Assembly (NCBI GenBank): GCA_023229615.1
Contig: JALNYX010000002.1
Coordinates: forward strand, 8,797-62,257
DNA length: 53,461 nucleotides
Direction: 5' to 3'
From: Candidatus Moraniibacteriota bacterium
GTDB lineage: Bacteria > Patescibacteriota > Minisyncoccia > Moranbacterales > UBA9337
Shown: piece after piece, positions 39,714 to 47,919 of the stretch
Position numbering within the stretch: position 1 is the stretch's first letter
Layout: the number at the start of each line of letters is the position of its first letter
Program-made: the position numbers and the translations under genes
The notes under the pieces: model-generated
The model's database searches: none
What the model was told of the DNA's origin: nothing
What the model saw: only the letters and a program-made list of their open reading frames with translations

Positions 39714-40466
39714 ATGAATACTAATCAGGTTTTGAAAAATTATGGCCTTAGTGATGAAGAAACGCGGTTGTATTTGGCTGGTTTGAAATTAGGTGAAGCA
39801 CCTCTGGCAAGAATCGCCAAAGATGCCGGCATCAAAAGAAGTTCGGCCTATCTTATCGCCAAAAACTTGTCCGAAAAAGGTTTGATGGGTAATTTCAAAT
39901 TGCCCGACGGAATGCGCTTTGTCGCCTCTCCTCCTTCGCTTTTGGCAGAACAAGCCAAAAAGAAATTATCTGAAATAAATGAAATTATTCCGGAATTGAA
40001 AGCTATTCAAAAGAAATCCCAATTCAACCCAAAAGTAACTGTTTATGAAGGAAAAGAAGGATACATTGCAATTGCCAATGAATCCCTGAAAAAACCCGGC
40101 TCAATTGTCAGAAGTATTGGATCGCTCCAAAAAATTTACGAAATAGTCGGGCAAGAATATGACCATGATCATTACATGCCAGAAAGAATAAAAAATAATA
40201 TTCGAATCAAAGCGCTATATTTCAAAAAAGAAATTACGGAATTTTTTCCTTCAACTATTTTTACGTCCGAGAAAAATAATCAAGAATTGCGGGAAATAAA
40301 GTTCCTGCCGGAAAATTATGCCGATTCAACGCATATTTTAATATACCAAAACACCGTCGCTATTTTCACTTCTAAAAAAGAATTGATGGCTGTCAAAATT
40401 GAAAGCGAAGAAATCGCCAACAGCGAAAAAAATAAATTCGATCTGATTTGGAGCTTGCTAAAATAA
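39714..40466 (+). CDS. TrmB-family transcriptional regulator
   Basis: GLSDEETRLYLAGL..G......IAK.AGIKRSSAY wHTH; YEGKEG; FDLIW. Confidence 0.9.
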   Translation: MNTNQVLKNYGLSDEETRLYLAGLKLGEAPLARIAKDAGIKRSSAYLIAKNLSEKGLMGNFKLPDGMRFVASPPSLLAEQAKKKLSEINEIIPELKAIQKKSQFNPKVTVYEGKEGYIAIANESLKKPGSIVRSIGSLQKIYEIVGQEYDHDHYMPERIKNNIRIKALYFKKEITEFFPSTIFTSEKNNQELREIKFLPENYADSTHILIYQNTVAIFTSKKELMAVKIESEEIANSEKNKFDLIWSLLK

Positions 40467-40598
40467 AAACTGCCTTAATCAATATTTAGCAATTGCAATA
40501 TTTTGATTATGCTTTATAAAATTCAAGCATAAAGTGAAAGTCTTCATAAAAAATCTTTGCGCAAAAATATATGATTAAATACCTATTTAAATAGATAT

Positions 40599-41435
40599 TT
40601 AAAATATTTCTAACAGTTTTTTCCAATCTTCCACTGAAAGTTCCTGCGCCCGGACTGTTGGAAGAAATCCCAATTGCGAAAGTATGCTTTCGATTTCTTT
40701 TTTATCTTTATGCAAACTATTGGAAAGATTGTTGGCCAACGTTTTTCTCTTGGCGGAAAACCCCGCTTTCACAATCCGAAAAAACTTTTTTACCTCTTCA
40801 TTATTCCTGCTTCCTGCTTCCTGATTCCTGATTCCTGAAATTTTTATAACCGCGCTATCCACTTCCGGCGCCGGATCAAAAGCTTCCCTTGGAACTTCAA
40901 AAAGTATTTCCGCCTCAGCGTAATATTGCACGCTTGCTGCCAAAATACTCATCTGCCCAGGCTTTGCCACAATCCGCTCTGCTACTTCTTTTTGCACCAT
41001 CAAAATCATCTCACTCGGCGGATTTTCACTTTCCAAAAACAAACGGATTATTTTTGAAGTGATGTAATACGGAATATTAGCGATAACTTTATAACTTACA
41101 ACATCATTAACTTCTAATAGTTTATTTAGATTTATTTCCAGGATATCACCTGAAATAATAGCAGTATTATTTTTAAAATTTAAAATTGAATCATTGGAAA
41201 TTGATTGAAAATTGAAAATTGAAAATTGAAAATTTCCAGCTGTCTTTTTTGCTAATTCTCCATCTTTTTCCACCGCAATCACTTTATTGGATAATTGAGC
41301 TAACTCCTTAGTCAGAACTCCTTTCCCCGGTCCCACTTCCAAAACCACGTCATCACTTTTCAAGTCTGCCGCTTTAATAATTTTTTTTACAACATTTTCA
41401 TCCTTAAGAAAATTCTGTCCCAATCGCTCTCCCAT
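40599..41435 (-). CDS. rsmA: 16S rRNA m6,2A dimethyltransferase RsmA/KsgA
   Basis: LGQNFL, LEVGPGKG, ANIPYYITS, MVQKEVAER, P.PEVDSA. Confidence 0.97.
   Translation of the reverse strand: MGERLGQNFLKDENVVKKIIKAADLKSDDVVLEVGPGKGVLTKELAQLSNKVIAVEKDGELAKKTAGNFQFSIFNFQSISNDSILNFKNNTAIISGDILEINLNKLLEVNDVVSYKVIANIPYYITSKIIRLFLESENPPSEMILMVQKEVAERIVAKPGQMSILAASVQYYAEAEILFEVPREAFDPAPEVDSAVIKISGIRNQEAGSRNNEEVKKFFRIVKAGFSAKRKTLANNLSNSLHKDKKEIESILSQLGFLPTVRAQELSVEDWKKLLEIF
40804..40838. repeat. (TTCCTGM)x5 heptamer array, in frame in rsmA
   Basis: Encodes SGIRNQEAGSRN. Confidence 0.9.
41205..41232. repeat. (TTGAAAA)x4 heptamer array, in frame in rsmA
   Basis: Encodes NFQFSIFNFQ; same unit as in ileS. 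Confidence 0.9.
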
Positions 41436-41485
41436 AATTTTAAAATTAATATACAAGATTCACTTGATTAAATAACAAAACTTTC

Positions 41486-41566
41486 GGTTTTCCGGAAAAA
41501 TGTTTTTTTCGTAGCTGTCCGTGTCCCTCGAAAGGACCGGAGAAAAAAATATTTTTCTGGAAAACC
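41486..41566. repeat. Intergenic 25-bp imperfect inverted repeat
   Basis: GGTTTTCCGGAAAAATGTTTTTTTC / GAAAAAAATATTTTTCTGGAAAACC; both mismatches are G.T on the + strand. Confidence 0.85.
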
Positions 41567-41599
41567 ATACGAAAATTATCCAAATGCACAGGTCTTAAA

Positions 41600-42583
41600 T
41601 TAATTCAGTATTTCTTCCATTTTAACATCCACCACTCCGGCTCCAAGCGAAGCAATCGCGGAAAATGCCGATTTATCCAAATCAATTATTCTTCCCGGAC
41701 CAAATGGTCCAACATCATTAATTCGAACAATTATCGATTGCCCGTTATCTTTACTGATTACCTTAACATAACTTCCCTTCGGAAGCCAAGGATTGGCCGC
41801 GTAATACCCGGTAAGCGAAGGAAATATGGATTTTAGCCGCGCAGGTTGGGCGTACCAACTTGCCAAACCCGTATGCACTTTTCCAATTTTTACAAACGTT
41901 CCTTTTTTGACAATTTCTTCCACTGGTTCTTGGACGATTTCAGTATTTTTAATTTTTCGGGAAATTTCCTTTCCATTGTGATACACCACCTCATATTCAA
42001 CTTTTTTCACTCCATTTTCCCCTTTTTGCATAATCTTTTCTTCTCTCCATCCCATATCTTCATCTTTTTCGGTAACTGTTTTAAATTTAATCGACTCATT
42101 TTCAATCTCTTGTTCAACATCAACCCGGGTTATTTCAATCTTCATCCCATCAAAAACCGGGCTTGAAGTCGGAGGATTAACAATGTCAAATTCTGCCAAC
42201 TTGATTCCATTTTCAGAAAAAAACTTATCCATATCGGAAAAAATAGTCGCATACTCACTCTTTTTATTTTCATCACTTACGACAACTTTTTTCGACCTTG
42301 CAATTGAAACCTTAGAATTAGAGAATAAGACCGACTCAACATTTGGAACGATTTGATCATCTGTCCCAATCTCCATTTTTTGCTCCGCTAAAAAATCCTT
42401 CACGATTTTTTCCTGCGTATATACATCAAAAATCATTCCGTCATCATTTACTGTTATTTTTTTTCTGCCATTTTCATCCCCCCGTATCACTTCATCATTG
42501 GAAAAAAATGCCTTGGCGCTAAAGACAAAACCAAGGAATAATCCGAAAATAATTAAAATTTTTAACTTATTTTTTTTCAACAT
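41600..42583 (-). CDS. YabE/RpfB-like protein (DUF348-like + G5) with RlpA-type DPBB lytic transglycosylase domain
   Basis: G5 signature QKGENGVK...EPVEEIVKKGT; GLASWY, LPKGSYVKV, RINDVGPF..GRIIDL; precedes rsmA. Confidence 0.85.
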   Translation of the reverse strand: MLKKNKLKILIIFGLFLGFVFSAKAFFSNDEVIRGDENGRKKITVNDDGMIFDVYTQEKIVKDFLAEQKMEIGTDDQIVPNVESVLFSNSKVSIARSKKVVVSDENKKSEYATIFSDMDKFFSENGIKLAEFDIVNPPTSSPVFDGMKIEITRVDVEQEIENESIKFKTVTEKDEDMGWREEKIMQKGENGVKKVEYEVVYHNGKEISRKIKNTEIVQEPVEEIVKKGTFVKIGKVHTGLASWYAQPARLKSIFPSLTGYYAANPWLPKGSYVKVISKDNGQSIIVRINDVGPFGPGRIIDLDKSAFSAIASLGAGVVDVKMEEILN

Positions 42584-42654
42584 ACAAAACATAAAAAAAT
42601 ATACTCTTGCGATTTCATATGGATTAAGCTGGGCTTAATCATAAAACGGCGAAC

Positions 42655-44181
42655 TCACTCCGCTTTAAATCGATATTGCACCGCCTCGGCAATGTGGTCT
42701 TTTTCAATATTATCAACTCCCGCCAAATCGGCAATAGTCCGCGCAATTTTAATCAAACGAAAATATGAGCGCGCGCTAAGTCCCATAGAAGAAACTGCTC
42801 CTCGCAAAACATCCTTGCATTGCTCATTTAAAACACAAAACTTCTTGATTTGCCTGGCTCCCATTTCACTGTTAGTGATTTCCTTTGATTTTTCAAATCT
42901 TTTTTCCTGAATTCTTCTTGCGCTTTCCACTCTTTTTCTGATAGATTTGCTTGATTCTCCCCTATTTTCATCTTCCAATTTTTCAAAATCAATTCTGGGA
43001 ACTTCAATTTGCAAATCAATTCTATCCAAAATCGGTCCGGATATTTTTCTTTGATACCTTGATATCTGAGAAGGAGTACAGGAACATAGCTTTCCCGGAT
43101 CGGTCGCATTTCCGCAAGGACACGGATTCATCGCCGCCACTAGAATAAACTGAGCCGGAAATTTCAAAGTTCCTTTGGCTCGCGACACAGTAATCACCCC
43201 GTCTTCCAATGGCTGACGCAAACTTTCCATCACATTTTTCGGGAATTCAGCAAATTCATCCAAAAACAAAACTCCACGATGCGAAAGACTGATTTCTCCC
43301 GGTTTTGGATATGTACCCCCTCCTACCAAAGAAACGGCACTGGCACTATGATGGGGAGATCGAAAAGGCCGTTCCAAAACCAATGGATTATTTTTGCTCA
43401 ATTTTCCGGAAATAGAAAATATTTTTGTCGCCTCAAGTGCTTCCTTCATTGTAAGCCGCGGCAAAATAGAAACCATAGTTTTTGCCAAAAGACTTTTTCC
43501 TGATCCAGGAGGACCATTAAGAATGATATTATGCCCTCCGGCAGCAGCAATTTCCATTGCTCTCTTGGCTTGTTGTTGACCCTTAACATCTGCCATATCA
43601 TATTCACTTTTATAATCCAAGAATAAATCTTCAATTTCAGCCGGAGGAAATTCACTCACAATTTCTTCTCCGATCAGATGATTGGCAATTTGAAAAAGAC
43701 TACTGACCGGAATAATTTTTATTCCCTTTACCACGCTTGCTTCCTTGGCATTTTCGCCAGGAACATAAAGCTCCTCAAATCCTTTTTCCTTTGCCATCAG
43801 AGCAATCGGCAAAATTCCGTGTACCGCGCGCACTTTTCCATCAAGTGCCAATTCCCCGGCGAATATTTTCTTGGAAAAATCAAAATTCAACTGATTTGTC
43901 GCCATTAAAAAACCGACCGCAACAGGAAGATCATAAATCGGACTGATTTTAGGCAAATCAGCCGGAGCGAGATTAACCGTAATTCTTCCACATTGATGAG
44001 GCGGCTTGAATCCGCTATTTTTAATAGCACTGGAAACGCGATCGCGCGATTCTTTAATAGAAGTGTCCGGTAATCCCACGATCGTAAATTGATGCAACCC
44101 TCCGGAAAGTACATCTACCTCCACTTCCACCACTTCACTATCCAGTCCAATTGTAGCTGCTGAAAATACTCGAGATGGCAC
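42655..44181 (-). CDS. comM: ComM/YifB Mg-chelatase-like AAA+ ATPase
   Basis: IVGLPD, ITVNLAPAD, GPPGSGKS, LFLDE, AAMNPCPCG; probable GTG start at 44181. Confidence 0.95.
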   Translation of the reverse strand: MPSRVFSAATIGLDSEVVEVEVDVLSGGLHQFTIVGLPDTSIKESRDRVSSAIKNSGFKPPHQCGRITVNLAPADLPKISPIYDLPVAVGFLMATNQLNFDFSKKIFAGELALDGKVRAVHGILPIALMAKEKGFEELYVPGENAKEASVVKGIKIIPVSSLFQIANHLIGEEIVSEFPPAEIEDLFLDYKSEYDMADVKGQQQAKRAMEIAAAGGHNIILNGPPGSGKSLLAKTMVSILPRLTMKEALEATKIFSISGKLSKNNPLVLERPFRSPHHSASAVSLVGGGTYPKPGEISLSHRGVLFLDEFAEFPKNVMESLRQPLEDGVITVSRAKGTLKFPAQFILVAAMNPCPCGNATDPGKLCSCTPSQISRYQRKISGPILDRIDLQIEVPRIDFEKLEDENRGESSKSIRKRVESARRIQEKRFEKSKEITNSEMGARQIKKFCVLNEQCKDVLRGAVSSMGLSARSYFRLIKIARTIADLAGVDNIEKDHIAEAVQYRFKAE

Positions 44182-44294
44182 TTTTTTAAAAACTCTAAAT
44201 TTCAAATTTTAAAATCTAACTTATTTAAAAAATATCCTAAAATTAGACATTAAATCTGAACTAGACTTAAAAATTTAAGCTTTATCCTTTTCTA

Positions 44295-44705
44295 TTATAC
44301 CACTTTTTTTCCTTTATTTCCTATAATACCAAAAATCAACATTACTGCTCCGATCGCTATAAAACTATCGGCCAAATTAAAAACCGGCCAAATTTTAAGA
44401 TCAATAAAATCCGTCACGCATCCATAAAAAATCCTATCGGCTATATTCGAAACGGCACCGGACAATATCAGTATTACGTACCAAGTATTATGTACAAAGT
44501 ATTTTTTTCTCCACAAATAAATCAGAGAAATAACAATACCAATCCACAAGAAGAAAAACATAACTTCCGGTATTTTTATTCCGAAACCCACTCCTTCATT
44601 GCAAATATAAAATCCGCCACCATAAAGATGTCGGACAATATATTTTGATAATTGATCAATAAATATCAAACTAACTATTATAAGAAATAACTTTTTTCTT
44701 AACAT
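44295..44705 (-). CDS. lspA: Signal peptidase II
   Basis: IDQLSK, N.GVGFG, GAVSNIADR, VTDFI, PVFNLAD; start reassigned to MLRKK. Confidence 0.9.
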   Translation of the reverse strand: MLRKKLFLIIVSLIFIDQLSKYIVRHLYGGGFYICNEGVGFGIKIPEVMFFFLWIGIVISLIYLWRKKYFVHNTWYVILILSGAVSNIADRIFYGCVTDFIDLKIWPVFNLADSFIAIGAVMLIFGIIGNKGKKVV

Positions 44706-44742
44706 TTTTAGATTTGTATCAGTATTTGTAAATTCGTAGGAT

Positions 44743-45093
44743 TCAGCATTTAATGCAAGTTCTGGCGGCCGGATAAGCGCGCAATCTATCAATGTCAATA
44801 TCCTGCTGGCAATTTTCACAAAATCCATAGCTTCCATCCTCCATTCTTTTCAGAGCGTCCAACACATCCTTAAGTTGTTTCTCCAGGTCATTTTCCAAAG
44901 CTAATTTATCAGCGTACTCCTCTACCTCGGTAGCATTCTCATCACTGTCAGTTCCCAGATCCTCAAACTTCGTTTCATAGTCACCCGGAGTTCCAGTCGG
45001 GTTTGCAATTCGTTGCAAATCATTTTCCAGTTTCGTCTTTTCTTCCACCAATTTTCCTTTCAATTCATCTAATATTTTTTGTTCCAATGCCAT
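44743..45093 (-). CDS. DksA/TraR C4 zinc-finger protein
   Basis: Coiled coil; ALKRMEDGSYGFCENC..I...RL.AYP....CIKC. Confidence 0.92.
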   Translation of the reverse strand: MALEQKILDELKGKLVEEKTKLENDLQRIANPTGTPGDYETKFEDLGTDSDENATEVEEYADKLALENDLEKQLKDVLDALKRMEDGSYGFCENCQQDIDIDRLRAYPAARTCIKC

Positions 45094-45247
45094 TTTATTC
45101 TGAACACAAAGCGCGCAGATTGCTACGGGCTTCACGTTTTATTAATAATGATTACCCTTCTATCTTACCAAAAAACCGCAAAATAGTCCAAATTATTCTT
45201 ATTAAAAAAATAACATCAATATACCGCCGAATTCTTCTTTTGATTGA

Positions 45248-45637
45248 TTAAAGAAAAATACTCTCCAAATGTTTCACTTTTGCTTCTTTTTGATCCAGGC
45301 TAAGCCAAACAGAAACCGCGTCGAAGCGCCAATTTTTATCCAGCAATTTCTTTTGTCGCAAATAAAACTGGGCGATCTTGTTTAGCTTGTGCAATTTTTG
45401 CCTGCCAATGCTTTCCTCGGGCAGTTTTTTCCCAAAAGTTTCAATTTTTCGTGTTTTTACCTCGACAAAAACCAAACAATCGCCATCTTTGGCAATAATA
45501 TCAATTTCCCCCAATCTTCTTCCCTTTAAATTGCAAAAATTAAATTCGAGAATTTTATATCCCTTTTTCTCCAAGTATTTGGCAGAAATTTTTTCTCCTG
45601 CTTCGCCAAAAGTCAAATTTTTATTTTTCCAAAACAT
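45248..45637 (-). CDS. yraN: YraN (UPF0102) PD-(D/E)xK nuclease
   Basis: G..GE..A..YL..KGY, GEIDIIA, VFVEVKTR, RFD; start set at MFWK. Confidence 0.93.
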   Translation of the reverse strand: MFWKNKNLTFGEAGEKISAKYLEKKGYKILEFNFCNLKGRRLGEIDIIAKDGDCLVFVEVKTRKIETFGKKLPEESIGRQKLHKLNKIAQFYLRQKKLLDKNWRFDAVSVWLSLDQKEAKVKHLESIFL

Positions 45638-45645
45638 ATGCTTAT

Positions 45646-45676
45646 AAAAACCAAAACCCCGACGCAGCGTCGGGGC
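45646..45676 (-). terminator. GC-rich hairpin with U-rich tail just upstream of yraN
   Basis: CCCCGACG-ctg-CGTCGGGG followed by TTTTGGTTTTT on the - strand. Confidence 0.65.
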
Positions 45677-46241
45677 ATTCAAAAAGATATCGACTGCTAA
45701 ACTAATTTTATTTCCCGGTATCCATTTGAATTAGGTATGGAAACCGGGCTCTCGAAGCCCGCAAATAAAAATATGTGGCTGAGAGCCGCGGTGTTTTTTA
45801 TATGTACCAACATGTAAGCTGTAAATATCCTAGCCAAATTTTATTCGGCATTAAATATTATTATAAGCTGCATGTATTTTGTATACATATTCTCGATATT
45901 TGCTCTGACTTTTTATTTTTTAACAAATATCTTCTTCTACCGATCTCTGGCATATAGCCTTTAAACATGAAAGAACTAATTTTTTGTTTTTTGTTTTTGT
46001 TTTAAATCTTGGAAACCTACTTGCAAATCTCATTTTTTCAAATGAACGCTACAAGTAGGCTCCAAGTAATTTTTGTTTTTGTTTTAGTTCTCCGGTCAGA
46101 AATCGGAGAGCTTCAATATAATAATTGAAGACTCGAACAGTAGAAGAATTTTCAATCACAATTAGGGGGAAGTTGTGATTGAAAATTCTCCCACCGTTTC
46201 CACTATTTTATTGTCAAAATACTCTCGTCAACTCACTCTAC
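45647..46241 (-). ncRNA. Candidate ~600-nt structured ncRNA or long leader (unassigned)
   Basis: Promoter upstream, terminator downstream, no convincing ORF, many helices whose mismatches are mostly G.U on the - strand. Confidence 0.55.
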
Positions 46242-46247
46242 ATTCTT

Positions 46248-46276
46248 ATTATAACAAAAAATTAATCCTCCGTCAA
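46248..46276 (-). promoter_or_regulatory. sigma70 promoter driving the structured intergenic region
   Basis: TTGACG (46276-46271), 17 nt, TATAAT (46253-46248) with TG-n extension. Confidence 0.8.
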
Positions 46277-46429
46277 AGCGCCAAAATAAAAATACTGCAA
46301 ACAAAGCACTTTTAACTACTTTATTTTTATTTTCTTTGTTTTTTAAAATTCTCCAAAAAAATCACTTTTTGAGAAAGTAAATTACTTTCTCGGATTCGTC
46401 CAAAAATGGCTCTGATACGGCTTTTATCA

Positions 46430-47830
46430 TTATTCAACAATTCCATCTACCTCTTCTGAAACAGTTACATTGTTAATATCATTCATATCAATAATCTGAT
46501 TATCCACCTTTTCCGCATTAACCTTATCGAAAATACTTCGCAAAGAATCCCTACTGGTACCAACCAAGAATTGATTATTCCAAATACCATAATCAATTGA
46601 ATCCCCGATTGCAGAATTGATATCTACATATCTAACTTTAAAACTATCTCCATAGGAACTGTCCTTAAATGCAAGTTTTTCCATATTACTACTTCCTCTT
46701 CCTAAAAACAAAGGTTTCAGTCCTATTATTAATCCACCTTCATTTTCTTTGATTACAAAAGGCGCAACATTAGCGTCTTTTACATTAACCGCCAATCCTA
46801 TCCTTTGATTATCTCCTGTTTTTTGCAGAAAAATCGAAAAACTCTCTTCCATTTCATCCAGTACAGCCTGCGGTAAAGAAAGATTGAACACATAAGCAAA
46901 ACGAGAAAAAGCAATTGGGTTATTATTTGCATCACTCATAATAAACTCCACCGACTTTCCATCCTGTTCAGGAGCAATATCAGAGAAAGCTTTCGTCAAC
47001 AACTGAGAAATAGAACTCTTACTTGCAGTTTCCATATCCAAATTCAAATAATTCGGTTTTTTGGAAGAATAAACGAAGTTTTCTTCAGAATCCGCATTCG
47101 ATAAGGCAGAGTTTTTACTGGAGAAATCCTTACCCAATAATTGAGAATCTACCACTCCTCGAGTAATAAAAAAATAATAAATTCCTCCCGCCACCGCCGC
47201 AAGAACAATTACAAGTACAATTATTGCGCCAACTTTCTTCCAATTCAAATGCCTTTCGATTGGATGGATGTAGTCTTCTTTTAAATCAACCACAGCCTCA
47301 ATCTTTCCTTTTTTTTCGGAATCCCAATCATTTTTTTGAAGAATATTTTCTTTTTGAAACGGAGGAACCATTCCACTATTTTCCTTCTTCTCCAAAGTTA
47401 AAAAATTTTCCCGAGGAGCAATTTCTCTTTGCTTAGTATCAGAAAGACTGTTATTTCGCACATTTTGCAACATATCAGCCCTTGGAGCAACAGGCTTTTC
47501 CAAAAACGGACTACTTGAATATTTCTTTTCAGCATTTTCAACATTATCAGCGCCGTAAACATTATTAGCATTATCCATATTTATATTTTCTTTCACAATC
47601 TCCCTTTCTGGCTCCTTGATTTGAGTAGCAATGTCCTCAGTATTAATTATCTCCTCTTTTGGAAGTCCCACTTCATTTAATTTCTCCACTAAATCATCCT
47701 TCATCGTATGCACGGAAAAATTATATTCTGAATTATTCTTCACGCCCTGCTCAGTAAAAAACACCCCCGTTTTTCTCTCTTCGTCAGTATCTTGTTTATT
47801 ATTATTGTTGTTATTGTTATTACCGAACAT
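46430..47830 (-). CDS. Hypothetical bitopic membrane protein
   Basis: Disordered N-terminus with poly-Asn and VHTMKDDL; central TM; folded C-terminal domain. Confidence 0.8.
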   Translation of the reverse strand: MFGNNNNNNNNKQDTDEERKTGVFFTEQGVKNNSEYNFSVHTMKDDLVEKLNEVGLPKEEIINTEDIATQIKEPEREIVKENINMDNANNVYGADNVENAEKKYSSSPFLEKPVAPRADMLQNVRNNSLSDTKQREIAPRENFLTLEKKENSGMVPPFQKENILQKNDWDSEKKGKIEAVVDLKEDYIHPIERHLNWKKVGAIIVLVIVLAAVAGGIYYFFITRGVVDSQLLGKDFSSKNSALSNADSEENFVYSSKKPNYLNLDMETASKSSISQLLTKAFSDIAPEQDGKSVEFIMSDANNNPIAFSRFAYVFNLSLPQAVLDEMEESFSIFLQKTGDNQRIGLAVNVKDANVAPFVIKENEGGLIIGLKPLFLGRGSSNMEKLAFKDSSYGDSFKVRYVDINSAIGDSIDYGIWNNQFLVGTSRDSLRSIFDKVNAEKVDNQIIDMNDINNVTVSEEVDGIVE

Positions 47831-47853
47831 ATTTTTAATTTTTGTTTTACAAA

Positions 47854-47888
47854 TAAAATAGAAGCAAGTTCAACTTGCTTCTATTTTA
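47854..47888 (-). terminator. Hairpin/terminator after pnp
   Basis: Perfect 17-bp IR TAAAATAGAAGCAAGTT-c-AACTTGCTTCTATTTTA. Confidence 0.75.
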
Positions 47889-47919
47889 CAATAAAAACTG
47901 CAAAATGCAAAATTTTTAT

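Noticed and set aside
45861..45968. 35-codon ORF MFKGYMPEIGRRRY... and the + strand 60-aa ORF at 45775-45957
   Set aside because: No recognisable motif or SD, and they overlap dense hairpins; a leader peptide cannot be fully excluded
45647..46241. RNase P RNA, SRP RNA, T-box or group I intron identity
   Set aside because: Could not find GAGGAAAGTCC or the CR-V motif, the SRP GGAA domain-IV motif, GGTGGNACCGCG, or P7 elements
47795..47822. Poly-Asn tract as a phase-variation switch
   Set aside because: Mixed AAT/AAC triplets; slippage would stay in frame
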